A program made the position numbers and the translations under genes. A DNA stretch of 64,000 nt from Octopus sinensis. Its lineage: Eukaryota. Numbering within the stretch: position 1 is the first letter of the stretch; every line of letters starts with the position of its first letter. Positions 24,601 to 38,109 of the stretch are shown here, in pieces. The stretch spans positions 27,342,001-27,406,000 of the forward strand of contig NC_042997.1 in NCBI RefSeq assembly GCF_006345805.1, given 5' to 3'. The notes beneath the pieces are model-generated. The model was given only the letters and a program-made list of their open reading frames with translations, was not told the origin of the DNA and did no database searches.

Positions 24601-24864
24601 TAGTTATCGCCATACTAATATGGCAGTCTTATAAATATAAGACTAAAGCTGTTGCTGATTAGCTCCATGAGGCCACCCCCTCAAGCTAGCTATTTGACAC
24701 ACAAACTGCGTCCAAATACCCTGAAACATGTCTGCAGCTGTCTGACTGGCAGGGTGAAGCGGCTGCCCTCCCCTGTTCGAAGGTTTATAATGGAACATGG
24801 AGCTAATCAGCGACAGCTTTAGTCTTATATTTATAAGACTGCCATATTAGTATGGCGATAACTA
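24601..24864. mobile_element. 264-bp MITE with ~70 bp TIRs, TTAA-flanked (copy 1)
   Basis: ttaa|tagttatcgccatactaatatggcag...ctgccatattagtatggcgataacta|ttaa. Confidence 0.85.
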
Positions 24865-25000
24865 TTAATTTCCAGTAACGCTGCCGTAATCTCCTTTAGA
24901 GAGACTTAGTAATTTTAATATTTCTATTATTAATATATATAACCAGGTGGTGCTATTAGTTAGACATGGCCTGGGCCATAATGGCCGAAACCTATCAAAG

Positions 25001-25054
<54 letters not shown>

Positions 25055-25057
25055 TGT

Positions 25058-25107
<50 letters not shown>

Positions 25108-25654
25108 TGTGTGTGTTCGCGGTAAAAGGACGAAGTTGTGCATCAATAGCTAACGGGAAAAGAGGTTTTCCTGGGCCTAAAAAACGAAATAACACTGTCC
25201 TAATCAGGACTGCCACACTACGTTGCCAAAGAGACATACTGTTGCTATTTATTTCTCGTTCAGAAATTTTATAACTAATTGTTTTTCTCCTGAAGAGATC
25301 AGTGAAGTGTGTCTTTAATTGTTAAACTTTAAAAGTTAAACTATGAATATTAAAATTTAAATATTTCATTCTGTTGTTCTCTGATGCTTCGCGTGTGAGA
25401 TAAAGTAAAAGCGAAACCAGTGCATGATGTGGCGAAAGGATCGTCATGAATAATAAAGAATTACATGAATTCCATTCCCTTCTCTCGTGTTTAACAAACG
25501 CTACGAACACGAAGGAGGTTCTGAAGAAAACCTTATAACGTTTACGTCCAAACTATTAATGAAATGATTTTGCCGAATTACTTTGTACGGGCTTTAAGCT
25601 GCTTACTACAAGCTGCATATCCAAATATAAAATATCTATTAATATATAAATTAA

Positions 25655-25918
25655 TAGTTATCGCCATACTAATATGGCAGTCTTATAAATATAAGACTAA
25701 AGCTGTCGCTGATTAGCTCCATGAGGCCACCGCCTCAAGCTAGCTATTTGACACACAAACTGCGTCCAAATACCCTGAAACATGTCTGCAGCTGTCTGAC
25801 TGGCAGGGTGAAGCGGCTGCCCTCCCCTGTTCGAAGGTTTATAATGGAACATGGAGCTAATCAGCGACAGCTTTAGTCTTATATTTATAAGACTGCCATA
25901 TTAGTATGGCGATAACTA
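25655..25918. mobile_element. 264-bp MITE, TTAA-flanked (copy 2, duplicated with unit B)
   Basis: Near-identical to 24601-24864 with the same flanks. Confidence 0.85.
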
Positions 25919-25986
25919 TTAATTTCCAGTAACGCTGCCGTAATCTCCTTTAGAGAGACTTAGTAATTTTAATATTTCTATTATTA

Positions 25987-26034
<48 letters not shown>

Positions 26035-26500
26035 CATGCAGAGAAAGAGAGTTATAGTGAGAGAGAGAGAGAGAGAGAGATGCATACATGCGTACATGCA
26101 CACAAACATACATACATGTTCGTGTGAAAATATCATGGGCATAGTTTTCCAAAATTTTTAGCTATACCTTGACCTGAGCTAATGCGCTCACAATAGCGTT
26201 TAAGGTTTTAAAAAATCTATTTTTCAATTTGTCAAAAATTATCCGTAAATGCGAAATTATAGATTGCATCTCGAAAATAATTATCTCTTTTACAATCATT
26301 GTAATAATGAACATGCGTAATATAAGCAACTTACCGCTAGTGATGCGTGAATGTGTATAAACAAACTATTTGAAACGAATATGTATTTATAGAGGTATAT
26401 AAATACAAAGACAGGCAGAGGTCAAGGATACAGAGAACAAGGATACAGACGATTAATAATAAAATCAGGTGATATCAAATTGAAATAAGTCGACAATCGT

Positions 26501-26635
26501 ATGATGTATGTCGTTGTCTTATTCATTTACCAGCTTGTACATTTACCTGCATCGTGTCGTTGCGGTTCAAAACAATTGCGACAGATGAGTCAGAAAAGTA
26601 CTGAACCGTCCATCGGAGACAAATACGAGTCATGA
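26501..26635 (+). CDS. Candidate 44-aa short ORF (copy A2)
   Basis: Same peptide as 23032-23166, with one synonymous difference (CCT/CCG) in 135 nt; disrupted in A3. Confidence 0.25.
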   Translation: MMYVVVLFIYQLVHLPASCRCGSKQLRQMSQKSTEPSIGDKYES

Positions 26636-28124
26636 AAGACATGTATTTTTAATTCACAAAACAGTGAATTGCTATTGTTGGGCAGGAATTTTAATAATTC
26701 TGAAAGTAGTTAGGCAAAGGCAATTGAAACAATCCTCCAGTCTTCGTAGCATAAGATTTACTCAAAAATGTAGAATGGAATTCCGTGCTCGAATAGATTT
26801 TAGTATGTACTTTATTCACCCTTTAAAAGGTTCTTTGAGGTAAGCGAGGTTTTAGGATTATTCCTCTCGAGGCCAAGAAAAGACTGCATCGTTTGTTCCC
26901 ATTTATATCAGTCCCCAGTTTATCAAAGGGCCTACATTTAATTATCTGTATTGTTCTAACCTCTTCTAAGTGGCGTTCTTTGCTAACAAGAGATGTGATA
27001 TTAGATAACAGTGGACCTGTGGTTGTTCAGACGTTGATTAAATAAGGGGTCAGTTTAACCTACGCATTTTCGCGTCTGTGTATTGGATATGCTACCTTAT
27101 GAAGGTGCTGCAAAATTTCTGTATGGATATATTTGGGGTATTTAAGTGTACACATGGCTTTGCGCATGCTTGTTCCATGTGTGCAAGAAAGTATTTCATT
27201 TATTTCTAAAAGTATTTACCGCCGATAACGAGAAAATTCTTAATGGATTAACTCAGAAATCGAACAGATTCGGTAATAAGGGAATACTTTAGAAATTTCT
27301 ATCTGCTTGCTTCGAGACGAGTGCCTTTAGTAATGAATTATATGTGGTTACTGAAGATTTAAAGTCTATTTCACGGCATATTAAAATAGGAATTTACTGT
27401 TTTGCTCTTATGTATAATTTGCTTATATACATATGTATGCAAGTATGTATGCATGTGTGTTTGTATGTATGTATATGTGTGTGCGTGTATGTGTGTTTGC
27501 TTACATGCCCCACTGTTAAATTGTTTTCTATAGCCAATATGCAATGAAGGCTTATAAGATTAAACTGATAATTACCTATCTATTATCTATACATCTATCT
27601 ATATTCGCGGTCAGATGACGAGGTTGTGCGTCGATGCCTAACTGGAAAAGAGGTTTTCCTCGGCTAATAAATTTAATAACACTGTCCTAATCAGGACTGC
27701 CACACTACGTTGGCAAAGAGACATACTGTTGCTATTTATTTCTCGTTCAGAGATTTAAAACTAATTGTTTTTCTCCTGAAGAGATCAGTGAAGTGTGTCT
27801 TTAATTGTTAAACTTTAAAAGTTAAACTATAAATATAAAAATTTAAATATTTCATTCTGTTGTTCTCTGATGCTTCGCGTGTGAGATAAAGTAAAAGCGA
27901 AACCAGTGCATGATGTGGCGAAAGGATCGTCAGGAATAATAAAGAATTACATGAATTCCATTCCCTTCTCTCGTGTTTAACAAACGCTACGAACACGAAG
28001 GAGGTTCTGAAGTAAACCTTGTAGCGTTTACATCCAAACTATTAATGATATGATTTTGCCGAATTACTTTGTACGGGCTTTAAGCTGCTTACTACAAGCT
28101 GCATATCCAAATATAAAATATCTA

Positions 28125-28159
<35 letters not shown>

Positions 28160-29515
28160 GCAGAGAAAGAGAGTTTTACTGAGAGAGAGTCATAGCCAGA
28201 GAGAGAGAGAGAGATGCATACATGCGTACATACACACAAACATACATACATGTTCGTGTGAAAATATCATGGGCATAGTTTTCCAAAATTTTTAGCTATA
28301 CCTTGACCTGAGCTAAAGCGCTCACAATAGCGTTTGGGGTTTTAAAAAATCTATTTTTCAATTTGTCAAAAATTATCCGTAAATGTGAATTTATAGATTG
28401 CATCTCGAAAATACTTATCTTTTTTACAATCTTTGTAATTATGAACATACGTAGTATAAGCTATGTTAACGCGAGGGATTCCTGAATGTGTATAAACAAA
28501 CTATTTGAAACGAATATGTATTTATAGGGGTATATAAATACAAAGGCAGGCAGAGTTCAAGGATACAGAGAACAAGTATACAGACAATTAATAATAAAAT
28601 CAGGTGATATCAAATAGAAATAAGTCGGCAATCGTATGACATATGTCGTATTCATTTAGCAGCTTGTAAATTTACCTGCATTGTGTCGTTAAATTTCATA
28701 AAAATTGCCGACAGATGAGTCAGAAAAGTAGAGAAGTGTCTATCGGAGACAAATACGGATCATGAAAGATAGGTATTTTTATTTCCTCAATGAATTGCTA
28801 TTGATGGGCAGGAATTTTAATTATTCGGAAAATAGTTAGTCAACGGTAACTGAAACAATACTTCTAATTATAGAAATAGAGATTCCATAACATAAACATT
28901 TTCTCATTATACTTGAAGAATGGGATTACGTACACAAATAGATTTTAGTGTGTACTATATTCACAGTTTAAGTTTCCCAATCAACCGAAGTTTTAGGATT
29001 ATTGCTGTGTCCTTTGCTCCCATTTACGTCAGTGACCAGCTGTTCAAGGGACCTCCATTTACTTATCTGTATGGTTCTTTCCTGTTTTAAGTGGCGTTCT
29101 TGGCTGGTCAGGGTCGTGTTGTTGCACCTTTCCGGTAACATAACAGTGGCCCTTTGGTTGTTCAGACGTTGCAAAAATTAGTGTTCAGTTCTACCTAATG
29201 TTTTCGTGTCTATGTATTGGATATGCTACCTCCGCTAATGTTTCTTTCTTTAACTATGTATCTGAAGTCGATGTAGTCGGTGTAGTCGGTGCTGGCGCTG
29301 ATAATCCACGACATGTTCTTGGTGACTTCTTTTCTACTGGTGTAGCAGCCATTTCCAGCCGCAATGTTGGTGTTGTCATTGCAGCTGTTGTCAGCGTAAA
29401 TCTCGTTGCTTCTTAGGTTGTTACACAGTTTTTCGGAGTTTTGTTTAGAAGACGAGAACATTTTTTTGGGGTGGGGGTCATGACAAGAGAAATACATAGA
29501 TAGAAATATAGGTAG

Positions 29516-29641
<126 letters not shown>

Positions 29642-29646
29642 CATAC

Positions 29647-29687
<41 letters not shown>

Positions 29688-29879
29688 GACATATAGAGGG
29701 AGAGAGGAGAGAAGAGATAATGGGGATCTCTTCATAATCACTATTCATTTATTTATTTAGTCATTTACCATTGTATTGGAATAGGTTTAAGGGTGGTGAC
29801 CTCTTCAAACAAGAAAGGAAAAAGGTGTCGTGTGTTCATCACTGAAAGTTTTTTGCTTTCTTTCTCGCTTCTCCTTTCT

Positions 29880-31070
29880 TCCCCTTTTTTTTTTCTTTTA
29901 CTAAGAATTTTGATTCATTTTCTGATTTGAATTCTGCCCGTGTGTGATGTTTTGTTTTAAGATTTTTGGTTGGCGCCTACTATTCTGTAAGGTGTTTTTT
30001 TTTCAATCAAATTTTTCATTTTGGTGCTTCGTAGAACTATAGGGAAGTTCGATTTTATGGCGTGAAAGATGCTGGTTATTACAGGACTCTGTAATGAACC
30101 GAATCGTGTTTTCCTAAGGTGTCAGTAGTTGGGTGATGTTCAGTTTCATCGCCTTTTTAATTCCCTCATTAATTAATCCTAAGGGTTATTTCTGCATTGT
30201 GAGGAAACATTTGAGTTCATAGAGTCGGATTTCACCTATTTTGGGGGTCAGTCACTATAGCACAGATGCGTCTTGCCATGCTGTATGGCATGTTTCTTTT
30301 GATGTGTGATGGATGGCAAGAGTAGAAATTTAAATATTGGTGTGTGTCAGTGTTTTAGTAAAATATGTCTGTTGTGACTGTGGAGTTATGCATTTTTACG
30401 TGGATATCCAGGAATGGTAATGCAAGGCGGCGAGCTGGTAGAAACGTTAGCACGCCGGGCGAAATTCGTAGCCGTATTTCATCTGTCGTTACGTTCCGAG
30501 TTCAAATTCCGCCGAGGTCGACTTTGCCTTTCATCCTTTCGGGGTCGATAAATTAAGTACCAGTTACGCACTGGGGTCGATGTAATCGACTTAATCCGTT
30601 TGTCTGTCCTTGTTTGTCCCCTCTGTGTTTAGCCCCTTGTGGGTAGTAAAGAAATACATTGCAAATGCATTTTGCTGTGAATTTGATGGATAGGTGAAGT
30701 GTGATTAGTATATCGTTAAATATACATAGTCCTCATTTAATCTGTCCCAAAACATAAAGCAATCATCACGTAAGCGTTTCCACATTTAAATGATATATTT
30801 CTTGTACTCTTGATCAAAAGATTTTTCTACTTAATCATAAAGTTTTTCCTCTGTGTATCCCATGACTAAATTTGTATGTGAGGGTGTAAAGCGCTTCTGC
30901 ATAGTCCTGCCTTTTATCTGTCGATATGTTTTAGTATCAAATCTAAATGTATTTTCTTCTAGTACCAGGCGTGTGGCCTTGGGGATGAAGTCAGTCTTAA
31001 AGCGTTCATTTATCCGTCCTCTATGTAAGGGCACAAATGTTGGAAGAGTTGTGTTGGTACTTGAGATCCA
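29880..31070 (-). mobile_element. Decayed Penelope-like element (RT), interrupted by a SINE
   Basis: LVLEENTFRFDTKTYRQIKG...NLVMGYTEEKLY (ORF 30831), WKR..DDCF, TDTHQYLNFYSCHPSHIKRNMPYSMARRIC (~30250-30370), and SRRQPK.LK. Confidence 0.85.
30426..30656 (+). mobile_element. SINE family B monomer
   Basis: ggcggcgagctggtagaaacgttagcacg...gtagtaaagaaata. Confidence 0.9.
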
Positions 31071-31713
31071 GCAAATATTATATATATACACGTCGGGCTT
31101 CATTCAACTTCCGCCTACCAAACTCACTCACAAGATTTTGGTCGGCCCTTGTCTATAGTAGAATACATTTTCCCAAACTTCTTACCACAAAACCACACCG
31201 GCACCAATATATTTAAGGAGAGATATAGAGGAAGATTAAGTGATTGATTGTGAACCAAACCAATATAATAATACTTAAAGACATACATTCGTAGACACCC
31301 ATACAAATACACACACATAATATATGAGAGAAAGAAAAGTGAATTCATGAAACTCTTTATAGTCACCACAACCCTTTTGACCCATCTTACATCGGTGCCC
31401 CAAGGATTAGATGCTGTGCAAACAAACACCTGTGCACTACGTGTCGAAGCGATCGTAGTGAATAATAAAGATCCTTATGAATTCCATTTTTTTCTCTCCT
31501 ATTTTATAAACGCAACGGACACGAAGAATGTTCGAAGGTAAAACTAGTGGCACTTACATACATACTGTTGATGACATGTGGTTGCCGAATACAGGCTCTC
31601 GAATATTTATACACACATACACACACACACACAAATACACACACACACACCACACACACACACACAGAAACACATACACACAAACACACACACACACATT
31701 GCGCCTCCACCCC

Positions 31714-31801
<88 letters not shown>

Positions 31802-32692
31802 GTGGAGCAGAATAATGATTCACGCATGAAAAAAGTGGCAAAGATACAGAGAAGTATAGGGGTTATGATAGTGATATTAGCAACATTTTTAAACGTCAAC
31901 AGCAGATAAACCTGTTCCCGCAAATCCGCTTTTTTGTAAATCCCCAATTCAAATTACCCTGGTTTGAATGTAGTGATTGTATTAGACAATATGATATAGT
32001 TTCTAGCCCAAGGAGTCTCTATGAGTAGCATAAGTTGCACGGTAACAATACCACTAGTAAAATGATTTAAATATAGATTTATCAACAATGTACTGGAATT
32101 AGAAAACCCGTTCCTAAATATAGAATTTCTTAAGTGTTCTATTTATAACTCGTAGCTTAACTTTTGTAGACGCACATGTCTTAAACAAATTAGAAACTAA
32201 AATGTCCTTTTATTGATATAAACTTTAACTTGGTTAACTGTACTTAGCAACACCAACGTTAAGTAGATTTAAATAGGTTCCTTATTGAAAAGATAGTGTT
32301 GTCAACATAAACAAGAGAATGCTTTTGTAGCTAGGAGAAATACTTTTGTTTGTTAAAACTGAATCCGACGAGTACGCCTCAGTAGTAGTGCTTTCTTACT
32401 TTTATATATAAACATATGTACTAATATACCAAGAAGTAGGACCTCTAGGTGATAGTGCTACACGCTATAAATAGCATCACATTTGACTTCGCTTCGCGCG
32501 CACGGCTGTTTACGGGAGTGAGATGTCTTCATCAGTTGAAACCTTGTTGCTGTCTTACTATTCATATACGTGGCCAACAGTCATAACCACAGAGGTTGCA
32601 TGGTAAGGTAGGCTGAGCTGGACTGGTTGTAAAATCTCTGTTTTCCATGTTTTTCACTTGCGTTCAAGTACGTTCCTGCGAGTGTCTTCGAA

Positions 32693-32898
32693 GGCGTTGG
32701 GCGAAATGCTTAGCAGTATTTCGTCTGTCGTTACGTTCTGAGTTCAAATTCCGCCGAGGTCGACTTTGCCTTTCATCCTTTCGATGTCGATAAATAAAGT
32801 ACCAGTTTCGCACTGGGGTCGATGTAATCGACTTAATCCGTTTGTCTGTCCTTGTTTGTCCCCTCTATGTTTAGCCCCTTGTGTGCAGTAAAGAAATA
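32693..32898 (+). mobile_element. SINE family B, 5'-truncated
   Basis: gggcgaaatgcttagcagtatttcg...cagtaaagaaata. Confidence 0.85.
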
Positions 32899-32989
32899 TA
32901 ATACCTGGTGGACAGTGAGACACCAGGTTTCATTTTCAGCGACAAGAACAGATCACTGGTGGAACTCTATGTGGTAGACACTAAGCGAT

Positions 32990-33930
32990 TTCTTTAGGAA
33001 GTCCTTGCATGTTATTTTTTTTTAGTTCATTTCTATCACGGAGACCAGAAAAGAGTTTGTCATACAACGCGACCTTGGGAAGTCGATTATCCTCCAACCT
33101 GGTTACGTATTTTGCCCTGCGTAGTTGTCTTCAATAAAGTTGTTTCGATGCTACTGACTTCCGCCTACTCCAGGACTTTGACGTTGATGACAAAGTCGCT
33201 GACAATGACGCGAAGGTAAGGCTGATAGGCATCGCTCAAGTAGTCATAGGTAGTGCCAACAGATGACTCATAACTCAAATGTCGTACAAGACGCTGTTCA
33301 GAACGGTGGCTCTGTATAAACTGATCTTGGTTTCTTTCTTCAGATGGTAATTGCTCCAGAATTCCATTGTAAAGTTTGTTCAACGTTCTTGTCAACGTTG
33401 GCATCTGAATAATGATTATCCTAGGTAGGTGAACTAGTTGACTGACATTAGAGCAATCTCCCCGAAGGTAAAGTGAGAAGTGGTATTCTTGATGTAAGGC
33501 AATTTTCTTTTTATTTTAAACTGACTTCTAAGACAAAGTGCAGAGTATCTTCTGAAAAGCAAGAGACGATATGTTGCAGGGTTGTATCTGTGTGGCAATA
33601 TGGCACGAGGACACAGCCTTGCTTCATGTGCCAATATGGAATGATTCAGAAGACTCGCTGCTGTAACTTACCTAGTTCTGCTATTTTACATGCGGTTGGA
33701 TGATCATTTTGAGGAATTTGGTGTGGCATCCAAGGCATTCCATGATTCGACACAGACCTTTTCTGCTTACAATATCGAATGCTTTGGTGAGGTTGACAAC
33801 AGTGATGTAAAATCTTTTGCTTTATTCTCTTTAGAACTGTTTAATAATAAAGATCATATCTGTAGTACACGTGGTTTCCCTGAAGCCGCACTAATATTCT
33901 GTGGGTGTGGTCCTTTTGCAACAGTAAGTA
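32990..33930 (-). mobile_element. Decayed RTE-clade LINE (RT to C-terminus)
   Basis: Reverse strand: VNLTKAFDIVSRKGLCRIMECLGC..KFLKMI, KETKISLYRATVL..VLY, and RLEDNRLPKVALY. Confidence 0.8.
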
Positions 33931-34333
33931 TTTTTTTTCTGCTGAGGAGTACTTAGGTAAACCGTGTGCCCACAAAGGAGAGTGAGAAAGGAAATCCTAC
34001 TCCAGTTGGAGCAGTCAGGCGTCTTTCCCATGTATCTATATAGCGTGGTGATGACAGCATCGTAGAAATCCCGTTAACTTTCCCTTCTCCCCGAACCAAA
34101 AGAAAAGCTCGTGAAATTTAGAATGGAGTATCGTGCTACTAGACTTCTATTTCTTACATAGGATTACAAACAATCGTGCTGCATTTCCATTTTTCATTCG
34201 ATATAAGACTTTTGTTGGCTCTGCGAGGGAGGGAATTTGGTTCCGGTCTAATTACAAGAACTGATGTAGAATATATAACACTGCTGAGTCTAGGAGTGAG
34301 TGGTTTGCACTGAAAAGAGAATGGATATGTCTG

Positions 34334-34366
<33 letters not shown>

Positions 34367-34374
34367 ATATATAC

Positions 34375-34408
<34 letters not shown>

Positions 34409-34429
34409 GTGTGTGTGTATGTGTGTGTG

Positions 34430-34465
<36 letters not shown>

Positions 34466-34490
34466 TTATATATATATATTATATATATAC

Positions 34491-34586
<96 letters not shown>

Positions 34587-34911
34587 CATGTATAAGTATT
34601 TGCAAACAGGTCTCCCTTTCATCGTAAACCGGTGACTGCCGTACGCTGAAGACAGGCAAATACCTAGAAACTGCAGTCCGTGCGTGTCACTTAGGTTTAC
34701 GAGAGAGGCATGACCTCCCTTTGCAAATATCATAAGGGCACAGACAGTGTGCCTAAAGCCAGCTGGAGACGATGATCTCCTGCGGCTAAAAGCTACAGAA
34801 ACACCCACCCTTAGTGGTTAGCCATCTTGAGATGGCTAGTATACTTTACGTTATATATATATATATATAATATATATATATATATAATATATATATATAT
34901 ATACATACATA

Positions 34912-35472
34912 CAGGGTGTCCGTAAAGTTATTATATAATCATTTGTAATAAAGAATATCATAGACTAAAAAGATCTTTACAATATATCTGTATTACATCA
35001 GAAAATATCGTAACAAAATAGGCAATCAATTTCCTTTACTAGAGTTATGATAAATATTCAAATTGTAAGCCGTTAACTTCAATGCATTCTTGACAACGGG
35101 CAGAACACACTGTGACAAACTTCGGTACACATCTCTGGATGAAGGTTAACAAATGCATCAATAATGAACTGCCGAAGATCTTCAATAATTCTTGGTTTTC
35201 CCTGACTTACAAACTTGGCTCCATTGACTTATAAATTGTTCGTAAAATTGAGACCTGTGATCAGGATCATTCTCAAGAAGTCTGTGAGTTGGGTGCGGAA
35301 TTTAATGTTTCATATTGAGTTTTGTAAGTATTATATTTTGTGATGTTCGTTTCATACTGATTTCTGAACTATTACAGCGAATTGATTTCTGTGGGCTTCT
35401 TACATATACCTCAGCAACCGTATCATAGAGTTGTTTTCAGCCTAAATGTGTAGTAACTTTACAGATCCCCTA
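34912..35472 (-). mobile_element. Internally deleted Tc1/mariner-superfamily element with both TIRs
   Basis: TA|cagggtgtccgtaaagt at left and actttacagatccccta|TA at right (13/17 match); reverse strand encodes KP.IIEDLRQFIIDAF...CQECIEVNGLQFEYL. Confidence 0.75.
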
Positions 35473-36004
35473 TACATATACATACATACGCACGCACACA
35501 CATCACACACACACACACACACATACACACACACACACACACATATATATACATACGCACGTACATACATTTATATACATTGGGATATACATTTATTTAT
35601 ACACACCCGTACTCGCACATGTGCACACATGTACACATGACTATATAGCGTATTCTCTTATTATTTTTCTTGTTTCAGCCATTGGACTGCGATCATGCTG
35701 GAGCACGACAGTTAAGGTTATTTTAGTCGAAGAAATCCACCCCCACGAACTATTCTTTATAAGCCTAGTGCTTATTCTATCAGTGTCTTTTGCTGAATCG
35801 TTAGATCATGGGGATGTAAACAAACCAATATCAGTTGTCAAGTAGTAAGTTATATGGTAAACTTTGGCAGCTGCTTATTTTGCGCCATTTTAGTATTTTG
35901 ACAATTCTTATTTTTTTGTTATAAAGATGACACATCTATTTCTTTATTCTAGCCCATTTTCCGCTTTATAAACTATTTATTAACCGTTTTTTTCCCTATT
36001 TTTG

Positions 36005-36280
36005 CTTAGAAATGGATGTCGGAAAATCATAGAATTTTGAAATATGAGTTCTTTCTTGGAAATACAGCATCACAGACATCTCGGAATATTAATGGAGTAT
36101 TTCATTCTAATGTTATTACCAACAGGTAGTATCAAATTGGTTTGCAAAAGTTTGTTTTGGTAACTTTGACTTCACAAATGAGCAGCGCAGTCGATCAAAA
36201 ACAAATGTGGATAATGATATACAGAAAGCCACCGTCGAATCAAATCCATCTCAAAGTGACCGTGTATTATCCTTGTTTGA
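36005..36280 (+). mobile_element. mariner transposase N-terminal (HTH) fragment
   Basis: Frame-broken YEF.LGNTASQTSRNINGVF...WFAK..FGNFDFTNEQRSRSKTNVDNDIQKATVESNPSQ. Confidence 0.8.
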
Positions 36281-38018
36281 CACTGCCTTACTCTTATTGT
36301 CCGTCCCCAAAATATATTTCATTAATATTTCTCGCGCTTTCTGTTGCGTTGTTGCCTTTATTGAACAAATAAACCAAAATATACCAAATATGCTCCTTTG
36401 TCACTTTCATTATAGCTTTGAAAAGATAACTGTTAAAATCGAACTGTACACTTCAAACCTTGCACTAAGAATAAGTACATGGTCACATTACTACCTGTTT
36501 TTATAGCAAGTTGATGCTGGTAGTTTATCCCGTCCTCCTTTTACCTTTAGCTCATGCAATTGAAAAAACCGAATTATTTATGGGATAAACCAATAGAATC
36601 TGACGGTAAAAAATATTTTTATATTGGATTAACGGAAAATTATATAAAAATGCCTATTGATGACCAGGAATCCACCTTTGGAAATATACATATAAATTAA
36701 TCATCTACCAGTTTCATCAAATTTATTTGGCACTTAAAGGACAAAAATGAAAGTGGGAAATTATAAGCCATGCTAATTCCTATAAATTTGGAAATATTCA
36801 ATGTAATCTTTGTGTCAAATAATTAGGATTAGCCTGTGTGCACGTATGCAAATGTGTGTTTGAAAAATACAGCTGAAATATAACAAAAGTTGCTAAAATT
36901 ATAAATTGACTATCTAGGAAATATATGTAGGAATTTTTTTTAAAATTAAGATTATATTTAAAATATAAATCAATATTAAAGAGAAATTTATTAAATGAGA
37001 ATTAATTAAGGGATATAATTTTGTAAATATTAACGTATTCCTCAAATATTAACTCACGTATGTATGTATGTATGTATGTATGTATGTATGTATGTATGTA
37101 TGTATGTATGTATGTATGTATGTATGTGTGTGTGTATGTATGTATGCATGTATTATAAGAGATCAGGATTTAAGTGAAACAGGCACATAAATGGTAAAGA
37201 ATCGGTTCGGTCAAAAAACAAAATGTGTACACAACAAAAATAGAGGAATACAAACGGGGTACCGAATTGCATGTAGAAAGATATTTAGGTTATGTATATG
37301 ATTAACTGTACCCGATTGAATATATTGTGAGCCCTGGGGTTAATCAGGAAATGCACTTTGCACTAAATGTACGGTTCATAATATACTTCGGACCTACACA
37401 AGGAGCAGATTCCAAGTACGGTGAATAATAATTAAATAAACAACAACAGATGGATAATGAGTCAATCCACTACAGCTGTTTCCAACGAATATTTAATTGA
37501 TTCAACGTTTATGATGATTACATAGACAGGAGGATTAAGTTACTATTTACCCAAGCCCTACACACATTAGTATCATATCTATGCGATTAAAATAAGTCAT
37601 TGCGTTGGTCAGTATCCCAAAACTTGATTTTACTTTATCTTTCGATTTCTCATCTCTAATTTGCTTATGTGCTGATTTGTTATTACAGGTATTCTTGTGG
37701 CTAAGAAATTTGTACCATACTTCTTTCTGATATTTTCTTATTATTTCGTATATTTTCGTTCATTTCGTAACGTTATACTTATTTATTGAAATATGGTCAT
37801 GTATCTGTTGTTATTATCATTATTTCTTCCCCAATTCATTTCTAATTTGTTATTATGCTTTATCATATTACAATATCTTATTCCATTTTATTCTATTTTA
37901 TTCCATTATATTATTTTAACTACCTTTTTAAATTCCCATGAGATTTTTTTGCAAAGTCATTATCTATCACTTCCATTTTTTATTACTATCCAAATTTTTA
38001 TTGTTGTTGTTGTTGTTG

Positions 38019-38100
<82 letters not shown>

Positions 38101-38109
38101 CATTATTTA

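Larger units (their letters stand above)
22500..29230. repeat. Local segmental array A1-B1-B2-A2-B3-A3
   Basis: A units at ~22500-23950, 26040-27420 and 28160-29230 (A3 most diverged); B units at ~24062-24930, 25117-25980 and 27603-28130; long colinear matches readable by eye. Confidence 0.95.

Noticed and set aside
24971-24991. Hammerhead remnant ctg-ggccat-a-atggcc-gaaac
   Set aside because: The ANGA of the core is missing and the stem has a 1-nt loop; at most a dead remnant.
29198-29460. Thr/Ala/Val-rich frames next to A3 as a mucin-like exon
   Set aside because: Low complexity, stops in the best frame, and no splice support.
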